Shown here piece by piece: positions 10,110 through 20,511 of a stretch of DNA of 64,000 nucleotides (positions are counted from its first letter, which is position 1; each line of letters opens with the position of its first letter). The translations under genes were made by a program, and so were the position numbers. The DNA comes from a virus: IMG/VR virus record IMGVR_UViG_3300045988_034415, positions 82,807-146,806 of that record; one strand, given 5' to 3'. The notes below the pieces were generated by a model, which searched no databases, was not told the DNA's origin, and saw nothing but the letters and a program-made list of their open reading frames with translations.

Positions 10110-11478
10110 CTTCTACGTCAATCCAAGTTACTTCACCACCTATATCATCTGGAAGTTGTTCTTTAGGAACCTTTCCACTTACTAAATCTGCTTTAGACTT
10201 TAGTAGAATTTCAACTTCGGGCAAAGAAATGGCTCCAATCTGTGCTGGAGTGACTCTATGTGGATTGTTGAAATCTTTAAGGTGGCTATCAATATCACTT
10301 TGTAATTCACTAATAACAACATCCAAGGCTTTAGAATCATGTGTAATGTTATCGGAAGTACCTTTAACATACAGAGCATTTCCTTCTTTTACTAAGATGT
10401 TATCTTTAGCTGTATACAACCTAACGTCAGCAGAAAGCTTATCAGCGCCAGTTCCTAATGATAACACTTTCTCCAATTCTACTACCTTATCAGGAATAGA
10501 GTTATCAACTTCCCATTCTCTAATAAGAGTTCCAACTGGAATCCTAACTACTTGCTTATCACCAGTTAGAAGTTTAAATACTATAACTAGCTCTTCCGTA
10601 TCTGGGTCGTACTTAGCATCCTCTACGATAGCTGACAAACCAATTTGATGTTGCCCTATAACATTATCGTTAACCTTAATAGTTAAGAGTCCGTCTAAAT
10701 ATTCAGTAGTTAGTTTATAGAATAGACCGTCATTCTTTATGGTAATTCCGTTACCACTATCAGTAGATACCTTAACATTACCAGATATTGTAGTTCCAGT
10801 AATCTGTCTATCAATATCTAATTCAATGCTTGGAGTATCCTCTAGTGTGACCCAGTTAAAGTGAATAGCATGATTCACTAATTCGTCTAGCTTGCGCAGA
10901 GAATCCATTACAGATGTAGAGTCTTTAAGGTAAGTAGTTTCAGTATCAGGAACATAAGCTCCGTCTTCTCCCAAACCTACTCCTTCTTGTGTCTTATCGA
11001 GTTCGGCTTGCACCTTGTCAATATTACTCTGTAATTCCTCATCAGTGCTGTCTAGATTACCTAGATGCTCTCTAATTTTAGTAATTTCCTCTGCAATGTC
11101 CTTCAGACTGTTTAAGTCCTCTGGTACACTAGTATGGTCAACACTTCCCCAGATAGCATCGTCTGCTGTCTTTCTATCTTTAATTTCCTGCTCTAATCTA
11201 GTTATCAAGTCAGCTATAGTTTCATCACTCTTAGAAGTAATAAGTTTAGTAAACTCTAACTCATCGTTAGTCTCCTTTCTAGTGACCCAATATAGTGCTT
11301 GATTACCATCTCCGTCATTTTCAACTACCTTTAACAATCCCTTGTGTAAAATAGCATTCTCTTCAGGAGATGAATAAAATTCTTTCAGTTTCGCTTCAGT
11401 TTCGAAGATATAGTCAGCTTCTATAGGGAACGGACCACCTCTTCTAAAACTTGCTATAATTTCACTATATGCTCTCAT
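10087..11478 (-). CDS. tail fibre/hinge-like structural protein (463 aa)
   Basis: ORF track; acidic coiled-coil centre, beta-rich C-terminus; operon context. Confidence 0.5.
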   Translation of the reverse strand: MRAYSEIIASFRRGGPFPIEADYIFETEAKLKEFYSSPEENAILHKGLLKVVENDGDGNQALYWVTRKETNDELEFTKLITSKSDETIADLITRLEQEIKDRKTADDAIWGSVDHTSVPEDLNSLKDIAEEITKIREHLGNLDSTDEELQSNIDKVQAELDKTQEGVGLGEDGAYVPDTETTYLKDSTSVMDSLRKLDELVNHAIHFNWVTLEDTPSIELDIDRQITGTTISGNVKVSTDSGNGITIKNDGLFYKLTTEYLDGLLTIKVNDNVIGQHQIGLSAIVEDAKYDPDTEELVIVFKLLTGDKQVVRIPVGTLIREWEVDNSIPDKVVELEKVLSLGTGADKLSADVRLYTAKDNILVKEGNALYVKGTSDNITHDSKALDVVISELQSDIDSHLKDFNNPHRVTPAQIGAISLPEVEILLKSKADLVSGKVPKEQLPDDIGGEVTWIDVEGDEETVS

Positions 11479-11483
11479 ACTTA

Positions 11484-13253
11484 TTAAATGTTAGCTGGGT
11501 CAAACTTAAATGTTACCTCCAAGTTGAGAGTTACTAGAGACTCCTTGAATACATATATCTTATATATTTTACTATTTGACAATCCAGGAATTTCAAATGG
11601 GATATCACTAATAATGTCAAATGATTCAAGACCAAACTGTTGAGAAGGCGTTGTCATTTGAACTAAGTCTGGATATTCCTTAGGCATTGCTACAAATATT
11701 TGCTTAAGCTCTCTAGGACTTGAGAAATTATATTTGTGTTTGATTTCTGATACTAAATCACCAGAACTGTCAATGCTATTGTTCTCTGGGTCTGATTGAA
11801 CTAGCTGAAGTAAGTAATCATAATTAACATTAGAGGCTGCATACCATTTAGGTAAGATTCCTACAAATATATCATATGCTACTTTAGTAGTACAACTAGC
11901 TTCCAGATATGTACCATTAGGATAGAATACTTTAAACGTAAAAGTAGTTTCTTCGTTAATAGGTAAACTCTTTACAGTCAACTGTCCTAATTCGAAATCG
12001 TCCTTAGTATATGTTCCAATAAGCTCATCGTTCTGCCATAATTCAGCATAAGATATCACTCCAGTAGAACCTCTAACGAATAGTTCAACGTCTACTATAG
12101 AACCCAGTAAAGCATACGCAGGAGCTTTAACATCTACAGATTTACCGTAGAAGATTGCATCCATAACCTCTTGAAGATTCAATTTCTCTCCTGGGTCAGT
12201 TTCATCTTCAACGAAGCCTACTGTAGTCTGAACTGGTCCACTAGTAATCCAAACAGGCTCTTCTACAATAGAAGCATCCAGTTGTCTCTTAGTTACTAAT
12301 TCGTCATCTTCTACAGCATCTACTCCCTTCTGTGGGGCAGTAAATGGAACTGAACCATCACGAGGTACATAATGCTTACTATAGATTTCTTTAAGAGTTC
12401 CATGAGGGTCATATTGATTGATATGTTCCTCAATAGCCCCTCTAGCCGCATCAATTACCAATTGATTAATAATGGCATCAATTTGAGCTCTTGAATAAGT
12501 CTCTGCTCTAGAGTAAGTTTCAGTCTTCCTGAAATAGTTGTTTAGTCTCTGATTAAGTAACGTTACAAATCCGTGAGGGTCTGCATCAACTAAATGTTTA
12601 AACATTACATCATCTACATATTTCTTAGTAGATAGATGCCCATCAGCTACTGGAGTAACTCCTAACTGTGGTTTTAAAAATGCAGTAGTTCCGTCACGTC
12701 TAACGAAATTCTTGATTAAGTCGTCAACTTGTTCTCTAGTATATAACTCTACCTTCCTATAAATCTGGTCAGTAGTTACATATACTTTAAGTATTTCCTC
12801 TACAAGAGGAATTATATTATGTGGGTCTGTTTTAGCTAAATGACTGTCCATTAAAGCAGTCACGAATCTCTTGGTTGTTAAATGAAAGTCTGTCAACGGG
12901 TCAACACCTGTTTGAGGTGCTAAGAATGGTGTGGTTCCATCCTCTTTAACAAAACCCTCCAGTTTACTTTCTATAGTAGGAATTATATTATGTGGGTCTT
13001 CAGTAGCTAGGTGAGTATCCATTGAGGTCTTAACTGCCTCTAATGTCTTTAAATCTGCTGAAGTCTTATCATAGACATCATTAATGCCAGCAGCTCCAAG
13101 ATTAATTCTAGCAATTTGTTTATCTGACTCACTCTCAAACTCCCCTAAGCGGTAATCTACTTTCAGAAATTGTGAAGTATCAATTTGTTCGTTAACAGGA
13201 TTGATACATTCATTTCCAGAACCACCTGGTGTTAAAATAGAGTTATCTGCCAT
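11484..13253 (-). CDS. tail fibre protein with three tandem 'DPHNIIP' repeat units (589 aa)
   Basis: ORF track; repeats HLATEDPHNIIPTIESKLEGFVKEDGTTPFLAPQTGV / HLAKTDPHNIIPLVEE...DGTTAFLKPQLGV / HLVDADPHGFVTLLNQ. Confidence 0.6.
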   Translation of the reverse strand: MADNSILTPGGSGNECINPVNEQIDTSQFLKVDYRLGEFESESDKQIARINLGAAGINDVYDKTSADLKTLEAVKTSMDTHLATEDPHNIIPTIESKLEGFVKEDGTTPFLAPQTGVDPLTDFHLTTKRFVTALMDSHLAKTDPHNIIPLVEEILKVYVTTDQIYRKVELYTREQVDDLIKNFVRRDGTTAFLKPQLGVTPVADGHLSTKKYVDDVMFKHLVDADPHGFVTLLNQRLNNYFRKTETYSRAETYSRAQIDAIINQLVIDAARGAIEEHINQYDPHGTLKEIYSKHYVPRDGSVPFTAPQKGVDAVEDDELVTKRQLDASIVEEPVWITSGPVQTTVGFVEDETDPGEKLNLQEVMDAIFYGKSVDVKAPAYALLGSIVDVELFVRGSTGVISYAELWQNDELIGTYTKDDFELGQLTVKSLPINEETTFTFKVFYPNGTYLEASCTTKVAYDIFVGILPKWYAASNVNYDYLLQLVQSDPENNSIDSSGDLVSEIKHKYNFSSPRELKQIFVAMPKEYPDLVQMTTPSQQFGLESFDIISDIPFEIPGLSNSKIYKIYVFKESLVTLNLEVTFKFDPANI

Positions 13254-13474
13254 TTATTATTAAGATAAAATTGTTCTACAAATTCAGACCTATTAACTTC
13301 ATTCTCTTCTAGCAATTCGATGAGACTTATCTCTTCGAGAATTAGTTGGTAGTCATATCTATGCCCCCGTTCTAAATACTTAAGCAGTTCTTTGTATTCA
13401 CAAATCACCTTATCTTTGAGAGCATCCACAGCCTTGCTCTGGCCATTTGCTGTATTCTGATTTACACAAGCCAT
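13232..13474 (-). CDS. small hypothetical protein (80 aa)
   Basis: ORF track; overlaps its neighbours by 65 and 22 nt, so it is uncertain. Confidence 0.3.
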   Translation of the reverse strand: MACVNQNTANGQSKAVDALKDKVICEYKELLKYLERGHRYDYQLILEEISLIELLEENEVNRSEFVEQFYLNNKWQITLF

Positions 13475-14168
13475 TACAACCTCCTATTTGTTCTATGATT
13501 CGTTCAGCTTCAGCTAACTGATTAGATTGAACCATATATTTGATTACATTAATAGCCATCCAGACTAAATCTCTCTTGTAGGATAATTCGGCCGCTACAG
13601 CATTCTTACTCCAACATTTACTGAAACCTCTGCTATTAAATATTTGCTGGCACAAAGATATATAACATTTCTTAAGAAAACAAATAGACACGTAATTATT
13701 ATATGTCCTAGAAATTGTAGTATCTTCTATGTTCCTCTCTACTATCTCATCTACAGTTACGGTCGTAGATGTGCCATTAAAATACTTATAGATGTAGATG
13801 CCGTCCGAATAGTACACAGTGGCATACATAGTTACAGCTGAACCAGCCGTTTTACCCATCTCTCTATCAAACCAATCTTTAGTCGGCAGAACTATATGAT
13901 ATACATTAAACCACCCATCAAACCCTACTGGCATAGTTACTGACTTATTACCGTCATCATGTAAAGTGTAAACAGGAAGTTGTATTTCAGGCCCATCTGC
14001 CTTATTATGTTGTAAGACATCAATAGATACAGTGTCAGAGTACTTGAATCTGTTCTTGACGATGACTGAAGAAGATTCAGGCAAATAGCCATTCTCTCCT
14101 GTACCAGTATCGTCAAGTATGATTACCTTACAGCTATCGTTAGTGCAAACTTTAATTTTTAATTCCAT
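13410..14168 (-). CDS. hypothetical head-associated protein (252 aa)
   Basis: ORF track; immediately downstream of the portal gene. Confidence 0.5.
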   Translation of the reverse strand: MELKIKVCTNDSCKVIILDDTGTGENGYLPESSSVIVKNRFKYSDTVSIDVLQHNKADGPEIQLPVYTLHDDGNKSVTMPVGFDGWFNVYHIVLPTKDWFDREMGKTAGSAVTMYATVYYSDGIYIYKYFNGTSTTVTVDEIVERNIEDTTISRTYNNYVSICFLKKCYISLCQQIFNSRGFSKCWSKNAVAAELSYKRDLVWMAINVIKYMVQSNQLAEAERIIEQIGGCNGLCKSEYSKWPEQGCGCSQR

Positions 14169-16369
14169 TATACGTTCTTCACTTCGTTATTCTGCTGATT
14201 CCCATCGTACAATTGGGCTATCTCAATATCTGTTCTTTTGGTGTCATTGTCAGAAGTACTCTGCTTATAATCTCTATCAGCGTTAGCCTTAATAAGGCCA
14301 ATCTCATAGTCATATTCAACCTTCTGCCTATCAATAGCAATCTTAGCTTCATTAAGAGATGCAATCTTATTATTAAGCTGCTCTTTCTCTTGTTCCGCCT
14401 TTTGAAGTTGCTTCTGTAGCTCTTCGTTCTGTTGTTGCATCTGTGCAGTGTTCTGAGTTTCTTCTCTTCTCTTTTGAAATGCCTTAGACAATTTAGACTT
14501 AAGTTCAGTCATACTTCTGGCAGTCATACACTCCATAGCTATGTCTGGGTCTAATTGACCACTCTTAATGAATTCAATCATTAATTGTTGCATGTTCTGC
14601 ATTTCCTCCATAATTCTACTACTAGCTATTACATGAATATCATAGTCAGTAAAAGTAAAATGTTCAGGGAGAGCAGTGAACACTTTCTGTAGTTTGTCAC
14701 CTAGCACTAAAGTTCCAGTAAGTGGTTTATGTTTCCATACCTTCTTAGCACAATTAAGAGAATCAATCAGAATATCCTCTGCCAAAGTATCCATTTGCTG
14801 ATAGTAAGATTTAGTAATGATATAAGAATTTCTCATACCTGCCTTAACATTACTAACAGCATCCCTGGTTTCTATTCCATTTAATCTCTCTCTAAACACT
14901 CCAGTAATAGATGATGTCTGCTCTTCTAACATCTGCAACGCCATATTAAATGCCTGAATAGTATCAGCTTTTAATAAGTCATCGAATCCAGCAAAAGAAG
15001 TATTGTTGTTAAATGCCCTACCTTCTTGTGAAGTATCAATAGGAGCCACACCAGTCTTCTTATAGGCAATGAATTTCTGCAATCTTTCAGTCAAATCATC
15101 GCCAAGAGCCATAGGTAGCATACTAAAGTCAATCCAGTCTCCACTAGTACCACTATTAGCAATTACATTGTCCCTAAAGAAAGTAATCAAATCATACTTG
15201 TCTTGAAGATGTGAACATGCAAGCACAAGTGAATATGGTTCGTTACTTCTGTTTACAAAGAACAAACCATTAACTGACAATCCACAGTGTGTAGGATTAT
15301 CTTTAGTTCTAACTACATCAGGAGACTTACCAGTAAGAATGTAAATAGATTCTCCGATTTTAACTCCTTCATATCTATTCTCTACATAATCTTCTCCTTC
15401 TTTATCAACATCAATCCACTCAACTTCAAACACAGGTATTAACTTATAATTGTAAGTCTCATAGTAGTCGGTAGGGAATCCAGGTATTACTTCTTTACCC
15501 GCCTCGAGTCCGTCTGTAATAGGAGCTCCAGTAGCTTGATTGCTCATAGCGCGTACATATATATAACTACTATCGTAATATCCCTCAAACATCTCCTCCA
15601 ATTCATTGATACTACTTGTATCTAGTTGAGGACCATATTTATTAAGTATTTGTTGCTTAGTTAACCAACGTCTAATAACTACTCTGTAGCTATCTCTAAC
15701 ATATACAGATTCTGGATTTCTATCAACGAATACATTACGTGGGTCTAATACCTCTATTTCTATATTAGTTCTCTTCCTACTAGGATGAACCTGGTAAAAG
15801 CTCATGCCAGTTACTAGTAAGTCAAGTAACAGGTTCTTTAACTTAGTAAGTAAGTTAATATCTCTAGATTGGATTATATACTCAACAACATTCTGTGCAG
15901 CTATTTCATACTCGCTAACAAAGCTATTATTAATATCTTCTACTAACTTATTAAGTTGAGCCTCTACAGCCTTATCAGTTACTTCTTGTCCTCCTAAGAA
16001 CGCTAGTATCTGATTGTTAAGATGTTGTTGTAAGTATTGATATACTTCTTTATTAATTTGTAATTCCTTATCTCTAGATATCTTAGATATAGTTTCTTTA
16101 TCCTTGCATGACACTTTAGGCAGTAATGGAGTACCTAGGTATTCTCCAAGTAAAGCATCAACATGCTTCCTGATAAGAGGAGTAAATTCTATAGAAGTAG
16201 GATTACCTATTCCAAAATTCTCTTCTAGATACCTATATTGTTCGGCATCTCTATATCCATTATAATAATTATATGCTTTCTGTAATTTGTACTTAGGAAA
16301 TACTAATTCTGACACTGCCTTATCAATATGCTCCATTAAGTACTCATCACTCCTGTTCTGTGCACTCAT
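14168..16369 (-). CDS. portal protein candidate (733 aa)
   Basis: ORF track; size and position directly downstream of TerL; C-terminal Q/E-rich coiled coil. Confidence 0.5.
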   Translation of the reverse strand: MSAQNRSDEYLMEHIDKAVSELVFPKYKLQKAYNYYNGYRDAEQYRYLEENFGIGNPTSIEFTPLIRKHVDALLGEYLGTPLLPKVSCKDKETISKISRDKELQINKEVYQYLQQHLNNQILAFLGGQEVTDKAVEAQLNKLVEDINNSFVSEYEIAAQNVVEYIIQSRDINLLTKLKNLLLDLLVTGMSFYQVHPSRKRTNIEIEVLDPRNVFVDRNPESVYVRDSYRVVIRRWLTKQQILNKYGPQLDTSSINELEEMFEGYYDSSYIYVRAMSNQATGAPITDGLEAGKEVIPGFPTDYYETYNYKLIPVFEVEWIDVDKEGEDYVENRYEGVKIGESIYILTGKSPDVVRTKDNPTHCGLSVNGLFFVNRSNEPYSLVLACSHLQDKYDLITFFRDNVIANSGTSGDWIDFSMLPMALGDDLTERLQKFIAYKKTGVAPIDTSQEGRAFNNNTSFAGFDDLLKADTIQAFNMALQMLEEQTSSITGVFRERLNGIETRDAVSNVKAGMRNSYIITKSYYQQMDTLAEDILIDSLNCAKKVWKHKPLTGTLVLGDKLQKVFTALPEHFTFTDYDIHVIASSRIMEEMQNMQQLMIEFIKSGQLDPDIAMECMTARSMTELKSKLSKAFQKRREETQNTAQMQQQNEELQKQLQKAEQEKEQLNNKIASLNEAKIAIDRQKVEYDYEIGLIKANADRDYKQSTSDNDTKRTDIEIAQLYDGNQQNNEVKNV

Positions 16370-16658
16370 TACAACTCTCTAATCCGTTATATTGTTTATA
16401 TCCTAGGAAATAATGTGTGTCGCCTAATCTTCTATCTCTTAATTCCTGTCTAAGAAATTTAAGATACGCTACTTCACCACCCTCAAACGATATAATAAGT
16501 GGCTTGTCTATATTATTCATGCCAAGTGTTAACTTATAACCCCTATGTGTCCCCTCGGCAGTTTGTAGCTCTTCTAGCTTTAATTTAGCCACATATTCTT
16601 TATGATAAATCTGTTTGAATAAATCTCTGATTGCTACTTCTAATTCTTGTAGGGTCAT
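16347..16658 (-). CDS. hypothetical protein (103 aa) between TerL and portal
   Basis: ORF track; overlaps the TerL 3' end by 59 nt. Confidence 0.4.
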   Translation of the reverse strand: MTLQELEVAIRDLFKQIYHKEYVAKLKLEELQTAEGTHRGYKLTLGMNNIDKPLIISFEGGEVAYLKFLRQELRDRRLGDTHYFLGYKQYNGLESCNECTEQE

Positions 16659-18876
16659 CGTATTGTGTAGGCCATAAATTAAACTTAGGTACTATCTGTT
16701 GTTTCTCTGGAATAACTCCTTTATGTCTAATTCCTCTTTCGTCAACCCAATAACCGAAAGGTCTTAGTTTGTTATTAGGACTGTCCATTTCTTTAGGAAC
16801 TACCCCCATTAATTCCTCGTCTCCTAGTTCGCACATACCCCATGCAGCTATAATATCAAACTTACGTTTATTCTCATAACTGTATTTAATTGCTTCTTCT
16901 AGAATTTCTTCAAACCATATATTATGACAATAATCTTCTATATGTTGAGCTATTAAATCTAATTGATGCCTAATTACTACTTCAGTAGCAGGAGCTCCGA
17001 ATTGTTTACTACGACCTCCTTGTATGTCAGATTGAGTAGCTCTAGGTCTTCTCATCAAATGTCTATTCTCTTTATGTTTCTCTCTAAAGAATTGCAGAGT
17101 AGACATTCTAGTAGATTCAAGAACAGCCTGACAATCGTAATACTGCAATATCTTAAGACATGTCATATGTGCTTCACGTAAAGTCTTAGGTCTGTCCCTA
17201 TAATAGCACACTATTTTAGGTTCATCTAACCCATAAGCTCTCTTTTTAACTACTACACAGAAATCAGAAGGGTCTTGAGTCTTATCAGAAGTGTCTTCAC
17301 CACCCATATCAATACCGTCAATACCAGCAACATATAAATTTCTAGGTACAGCTCCATGTTCTCCTCTAATCGGATGTTCAAGTATCTTAACCTTACCTTT
17401 AGGATTACTAACAAATCTTACACTATCAATTGCTTCCTCTGTGTGCTGGTTGTTAGTAAAATTATACTCTAACTGGCCTACATCAATATGTGGTCCCAGT
17501 TTATGTAATTTAATATTAGCAAGTTGCTCACTTAACAATACAGTATTAAACTGGTTATCTCCTTCTAGAGCCAAAGCATCATCAGGAGTAAAACAGAACT
17601 CTGCACATGCAATTAAATGCTCCTTCGGGTTAGCTAGTAGAGCTTCTCTTTGGTCTAAATAGAACTTCTTAGCCTTCGCAGTATTAGTAACTCCTCTATC
17701 GTCTACATATCCATTTGCTGCTACGAATGTATAGGCAGGTATGAAGAATGAGGTAAAAGCATAAGACCCGTCTTTAGTATGGTTATGTTTATAAGGTAAG
17801 AAATTATATCCAGCTGGATTATAAAACATCTTACTAAGTCCGTCAAGTGCAGGTCCCTGGTCTCCACCTGTTCCCCACACAAATCTAGTTCCAAACTTAT
17901 TACCTAGAATTTCTACAAGAGCTGTACTCTGTAAGTAAGTCTTTACTAGGATTGGGTTAGAACCAGATTCTTCAAAGAACAATCTATCCACACGGTCTCC
18001 ACGGAGTTTACGAGGAACATCTACTACGAAGCCAATAATGTCTGACATGAATCCAAATTCTTCTCTGTCTTTAGTAAGAAGAGAAGCTCTCTTATGCATA
18101 TCAGAATTATACTTCTGTCTTAGATGTCTCATGCCGCCTTCTGTATCAGCATTTAAATATTCAAGCTGTTCCCAGCATTTACGAAGCACGTCACTAACGA
18201 ATTTCTCGGTAAATGCTACATATACTGTATGTGAACCTCTAACAGTTGTATATAACCTAACTCCTAAAGATGCTGCAATTTCAGAGAATCCGACTCCACG
18301 AGCTTTAAGGGCGCACACATCCTTCTTCAACTTCTCACACATTTCTATGTAATGGAAGTACTCATACTGCTTACTAAAGAATGAAGGGAATGTAGTTTCA
18401 CGACCGGTACCAGCTTGAGACACATCGGTGTTCTTTAGTCTATAATAATTAAGGAAGAAGTAATTATCACCTGTGATTCTATACCCATGTGATTCATATC
18501 CTTGATTACATCTTCTATGTTCTTCAGTCCAGAAGTCATTATACTTCTTAGTTCCTTTAGGATAGGCACAGTATTTACCGTCTCTTAATTTAATCTGTCT
18601 AGCTCCAGTGAACCACTCTGGATTAAAATCTAATCCTCTTTCTTCATCCACTGGTCGATATCCAGTCAGCTCATAAGATAGAGTAGGGTCGAAATGCTTA
18701 ATCTCAGTATCTAATGTTACATCCCATACAATGTTAGACGTACTAACTGATTTATCTTCTATAATAGGGTCTACGTATGGAATAGCCTCTATCAATTCTG
18801 GTTCTACTCTTTGTATTAACTCTTGAACTGTTTCTGGAACTTCGACTTTCTTCTTAGGTCTACCACGTCCAGCCAT
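16600..18876 (-). CDS. terminase large subunit candidate (758 aa)
   Basis: ORF track; C-terminal RNaseH-like nuclease signature (VAGIDGIDMGGED...DFCVVVKKRAYG...IVCYYRDRP); size; adjacent to portal. Confidence 0.65.
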   Translation of the reverse strand: MAGRGRPKKKVEVPETVQELIQRVEPELIEAIPYVDPIIEDKSVSTSNIVWDVTLDTEIKHFDPTLSYELTGYRPVDEERGLDFNPEWFTGARQIKLRDGKYCAYPKGTKKYNDFWTEEHRRCNQGYESHGYRITGDNYFFLNYYRLKNTDVSQAGTGRETTFPSFFSKQYEYFHYIEMCEKLKKDVCALKARGVGFSEIAASLGVRLYTTVRGSHTVYVAFTEKFVSDVLRKCWEQLEYLNADTEGGMRHLRQKYNSDMHKRASLLTKDREEFGFMSDIIGFVVDVPRKLRGDRVDRLFFEESGSNPILVKTYLQSTALVEILGNKFGTRFVWGTGGDQGPALDGLSKMFYNPAGYNFLPYKHNHTKDGSYAFTSFFIPAYTFVAANGYVDDRGVTNTAKAKKFYLDQREALLANPKEHLIACAEFCFTPDDALALEGDNQFNTVLLSEQLANIKLHKLGPHIDVGQLEYNFTNNQHTEEAIDSVRFVSNPKGKVKILEHPIRGEHGAVPRNLYVAGIDGIDMGGEDTSDKTQDPSDFCVVVKKRAYGLDEPKIVCYYRDRPKTLREAHMTCLKILQYYDCQAVLESTRMSTLQFFREKHKENRHLMRRPRATQSDIQGGRSKQFGAPATEVVIRHQLDLIAQHIEDYCHNIWFEEILEEAIKYSYENKRKFDIIAAWGMCELGDEELMGVVPKEMDSPNNKLRPFGYWVDERGIRHKGVIPEKQQIVPKFNLWPTQYDDPTRIRSSNQRFIQTDLS

Positions 18877-18878
18877 AA

Positions 18879-19457
18879 TTATCTGTCGTTAAAACCTATT
18901 TCACTTTCACCTCTAACTCCAGTCTCTTCCTCTTGCTCTTTCTTGTACATATACTCAAGAGTTTTAAGTTCTTCTATAACCTTAGAAACTGATTGCATTT
19001 CTTTCATTACATCAGCCACTTTCCAAACAGGTTTATTATTAACTGGGTCTCTTTCGGATAAATCTATGGTGTCAAAGTAATCAGTAATTCTATCAACTAC
19101 ACTTTGAGCAGACTTAATGAGTTTAAGTGCTCTAGATTCGTTTTGAATATCTCTGTACTTCCTACATGCGGCTCTGAAGATTGGGTCTGCCCATTCCTCT
19201 TCACTTAAATTAGCATCCTGAAGACATGCTTGATGCCTTTCCTGTTCTGTATAATCAGAGTATGGAGATGCCCAATCTAACATTAGCCATATGTAAACAA
19301 GCTCTCTATAAGCTCTTGATTTGCAAACTCCCGTAGGGTCTTCTTTGGTCTTATTCCTTTCATTAGTCCATAGAGCTGCGAACTCCTTAATAAGAAGAAC
19401 CTCTGGCTCATTCACAATCACCGAATTAGTACCATTATCAAATAGGAATACTTTCAT
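18879..19457 (-). CDS. terminase small subunit candidate (192 aa)
   Basis: Position immediately upstream of TerL; no motif evidence. Confidence 0.3.
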   Translation of the reverse strand: MKVFLFDNGTNSVIVNEPEVLLIKEFAALWTNERNKTKEDPTGVCKSRAYRELVYIWLMLDWASPYSDYTEQERHQACLQDANLSEEEWADPIFRAACRKYRDIQNESRALKLIKSAQSVVDRITDYFDTIDLSERDPVNNKPVWKVADVMKEMQSVSKVIEELKTLEYMYKKEQEEETGVRGESEIGFNDR

Positions 19458-19459
19458 AT

Positions 19460-20287
19460 TTATTTGTTTTTATAAGGCTTACCAGCTAGTGCTTTCCTCT
19501 GAAACCCATTAAATTTCATTTCTCTAGTGCTATCTGCTGAGCCTGGTCCACCTTTAATGTGTTTAATAGCATCACCGCTAGCTTTACTAGGAATACTCCA
19601 TTTATTGCTAACAGTTCCGCCCATATTCTTCTTAATTCTCTTCTTAGCCATTCCTCCGCACTTGAACGAAGTAATAGTGCCACCGCTTAACTTTTTACCT
19701 ATATTACTACCTCTAGTTGCACCTGCTCCGCTAGCACCTCTGCCGTTGGCCTGGTCTTTCATATCAACTTTCATTTTGTCTTTTAAAGGTAGTCCTTTGT
19801 AATCTGCTTTGGACATCTTCTTATAAGGGAGCTTCTTATTACTAACATTATATATTCCCTTACTGGTGTGTACAGTATCAGTCTTATTAACTGCTATTTT
19901 ATCACCATTCTCGCTCTTCTTAATGCGTCTCTTGGCTTTACCTCCACATTTATCTTTGAATACGTCCATCGCTTTACTGCCTTCAGCCATTGCTTTCCTT
20001 CTACATTTAACACATCCTCCAGCCATGAATCTCTCTACCTCATAACCTTCTGGACACTTACCTTGCAATCTGCTAATGTAGTTAATTTTGGCTCCCATCT
20101 TAGCCATGATAGTTTGATTATTCTCCATACTCTTGTATTGTTTATAGATTTCATTAATTTCCCTCTCTGAGAGTTTGGATATAGTATCCTCAAACTCCTG
20201 CTGAGACTTAGGCTTAAATAACTTAATAAGGTAGGCAGAGAACAACTCTTGGTCGTCCTGCCCACCTTGTTGAAACTTAGTTGCCAT
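19460..20287 (-). CDS. highly basic Lys/Gly-rich protein with repeated CGG(M)AK(K)RIKK units (275 aa)
   Basis: ORF track; repeats CGGKAKRRIKKSENG / CGGMAKKRIKKNMGG / CPEGYEVERFMAGGCVKCRRKAMAEG. Confidence 0.5.
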   Translation of the reverse strand: MATKFQQGGQDDQELFSAYLIKLFKPKSQQEFEDTISKLSEREINEIYKQYKSMENNQTIMAKMGAKINYISRLQGKCPEGYEVERFMAGGCVKCRRKAMAEGSKAMDVFKDKCGGKAKRRIKKSENGDKIAVNKTDTVHTSKGIYNVSNKKLPYKKMSKADYKGLPLKDKMKVDMKDQANGRGASGAGATRGSNIGKKLSGGTITSFKCGGMAKKRIKKNMGGTVSNKWSIPSKASGDAIKHIKGGPGSADSTREMKFNGFQRKALAGKPYKNK

Positions 20288-20511
20288 TATAGTTTAATTA
20301 AGTCTTTAGTATTAAAGATAGCTTCTTGTAGCTCTCCTCTTGTAGAGAACCATCTACATCTAATACCCTTGAAATATTCATCTTTCTTCTCATCCTTAGA
20401 TGGTCTAAACGTCATCGTCTCTTTCTTAACTACAATCATCTGAGGTTTATATGGGATGTCTTGTCTTAATGTTACTACATCTCCTGGTTGATAAAACACT
20501 TTCTCTTCCAT
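20287..20511 (-). CDS. hypothetical protein (74 aa)
   Basis: ORF track. Confidence 0.45.
   Translation of the reverse strand: MEEKVFYQPGDVVTLRQDIPYKPQMIVVKKETMTFRPSKDEKKDEYFKGIRCRWFSTRGELQEAIFNTKDLIKL

Noticed and set aside
1148-20443. Many 60-140-aa ORFs on the plus strand inside or antisense to the minus-strand structural genes (e.g. 1148..1372, 1324..1584, 2518..2709, 3922..4116, 4581..4793, 5234..5458, 6020..6220, 6318..6668, 6836..7018, 7583..7807, 8499..8711, 9541..9930, 10229..10648, 11015..11302, 13644..13841, 14213..14419, 16963..17181, 17291..17662, 18038..18352, 18823..19080, 19321..19512, 19527..19802, 19868..20170, 20249..20443) and short same-strand ORFs nested inside them (6118..6357, 7653..7880, 7986..8174, 20035..20265)
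   Set aside because: All are fully nested within long, motif-bearing genes, in a different frame or on the opposite strand. They have low-complexity translations and no independent start context, so they are the shadow ORFs expected in AT-rich DNA.
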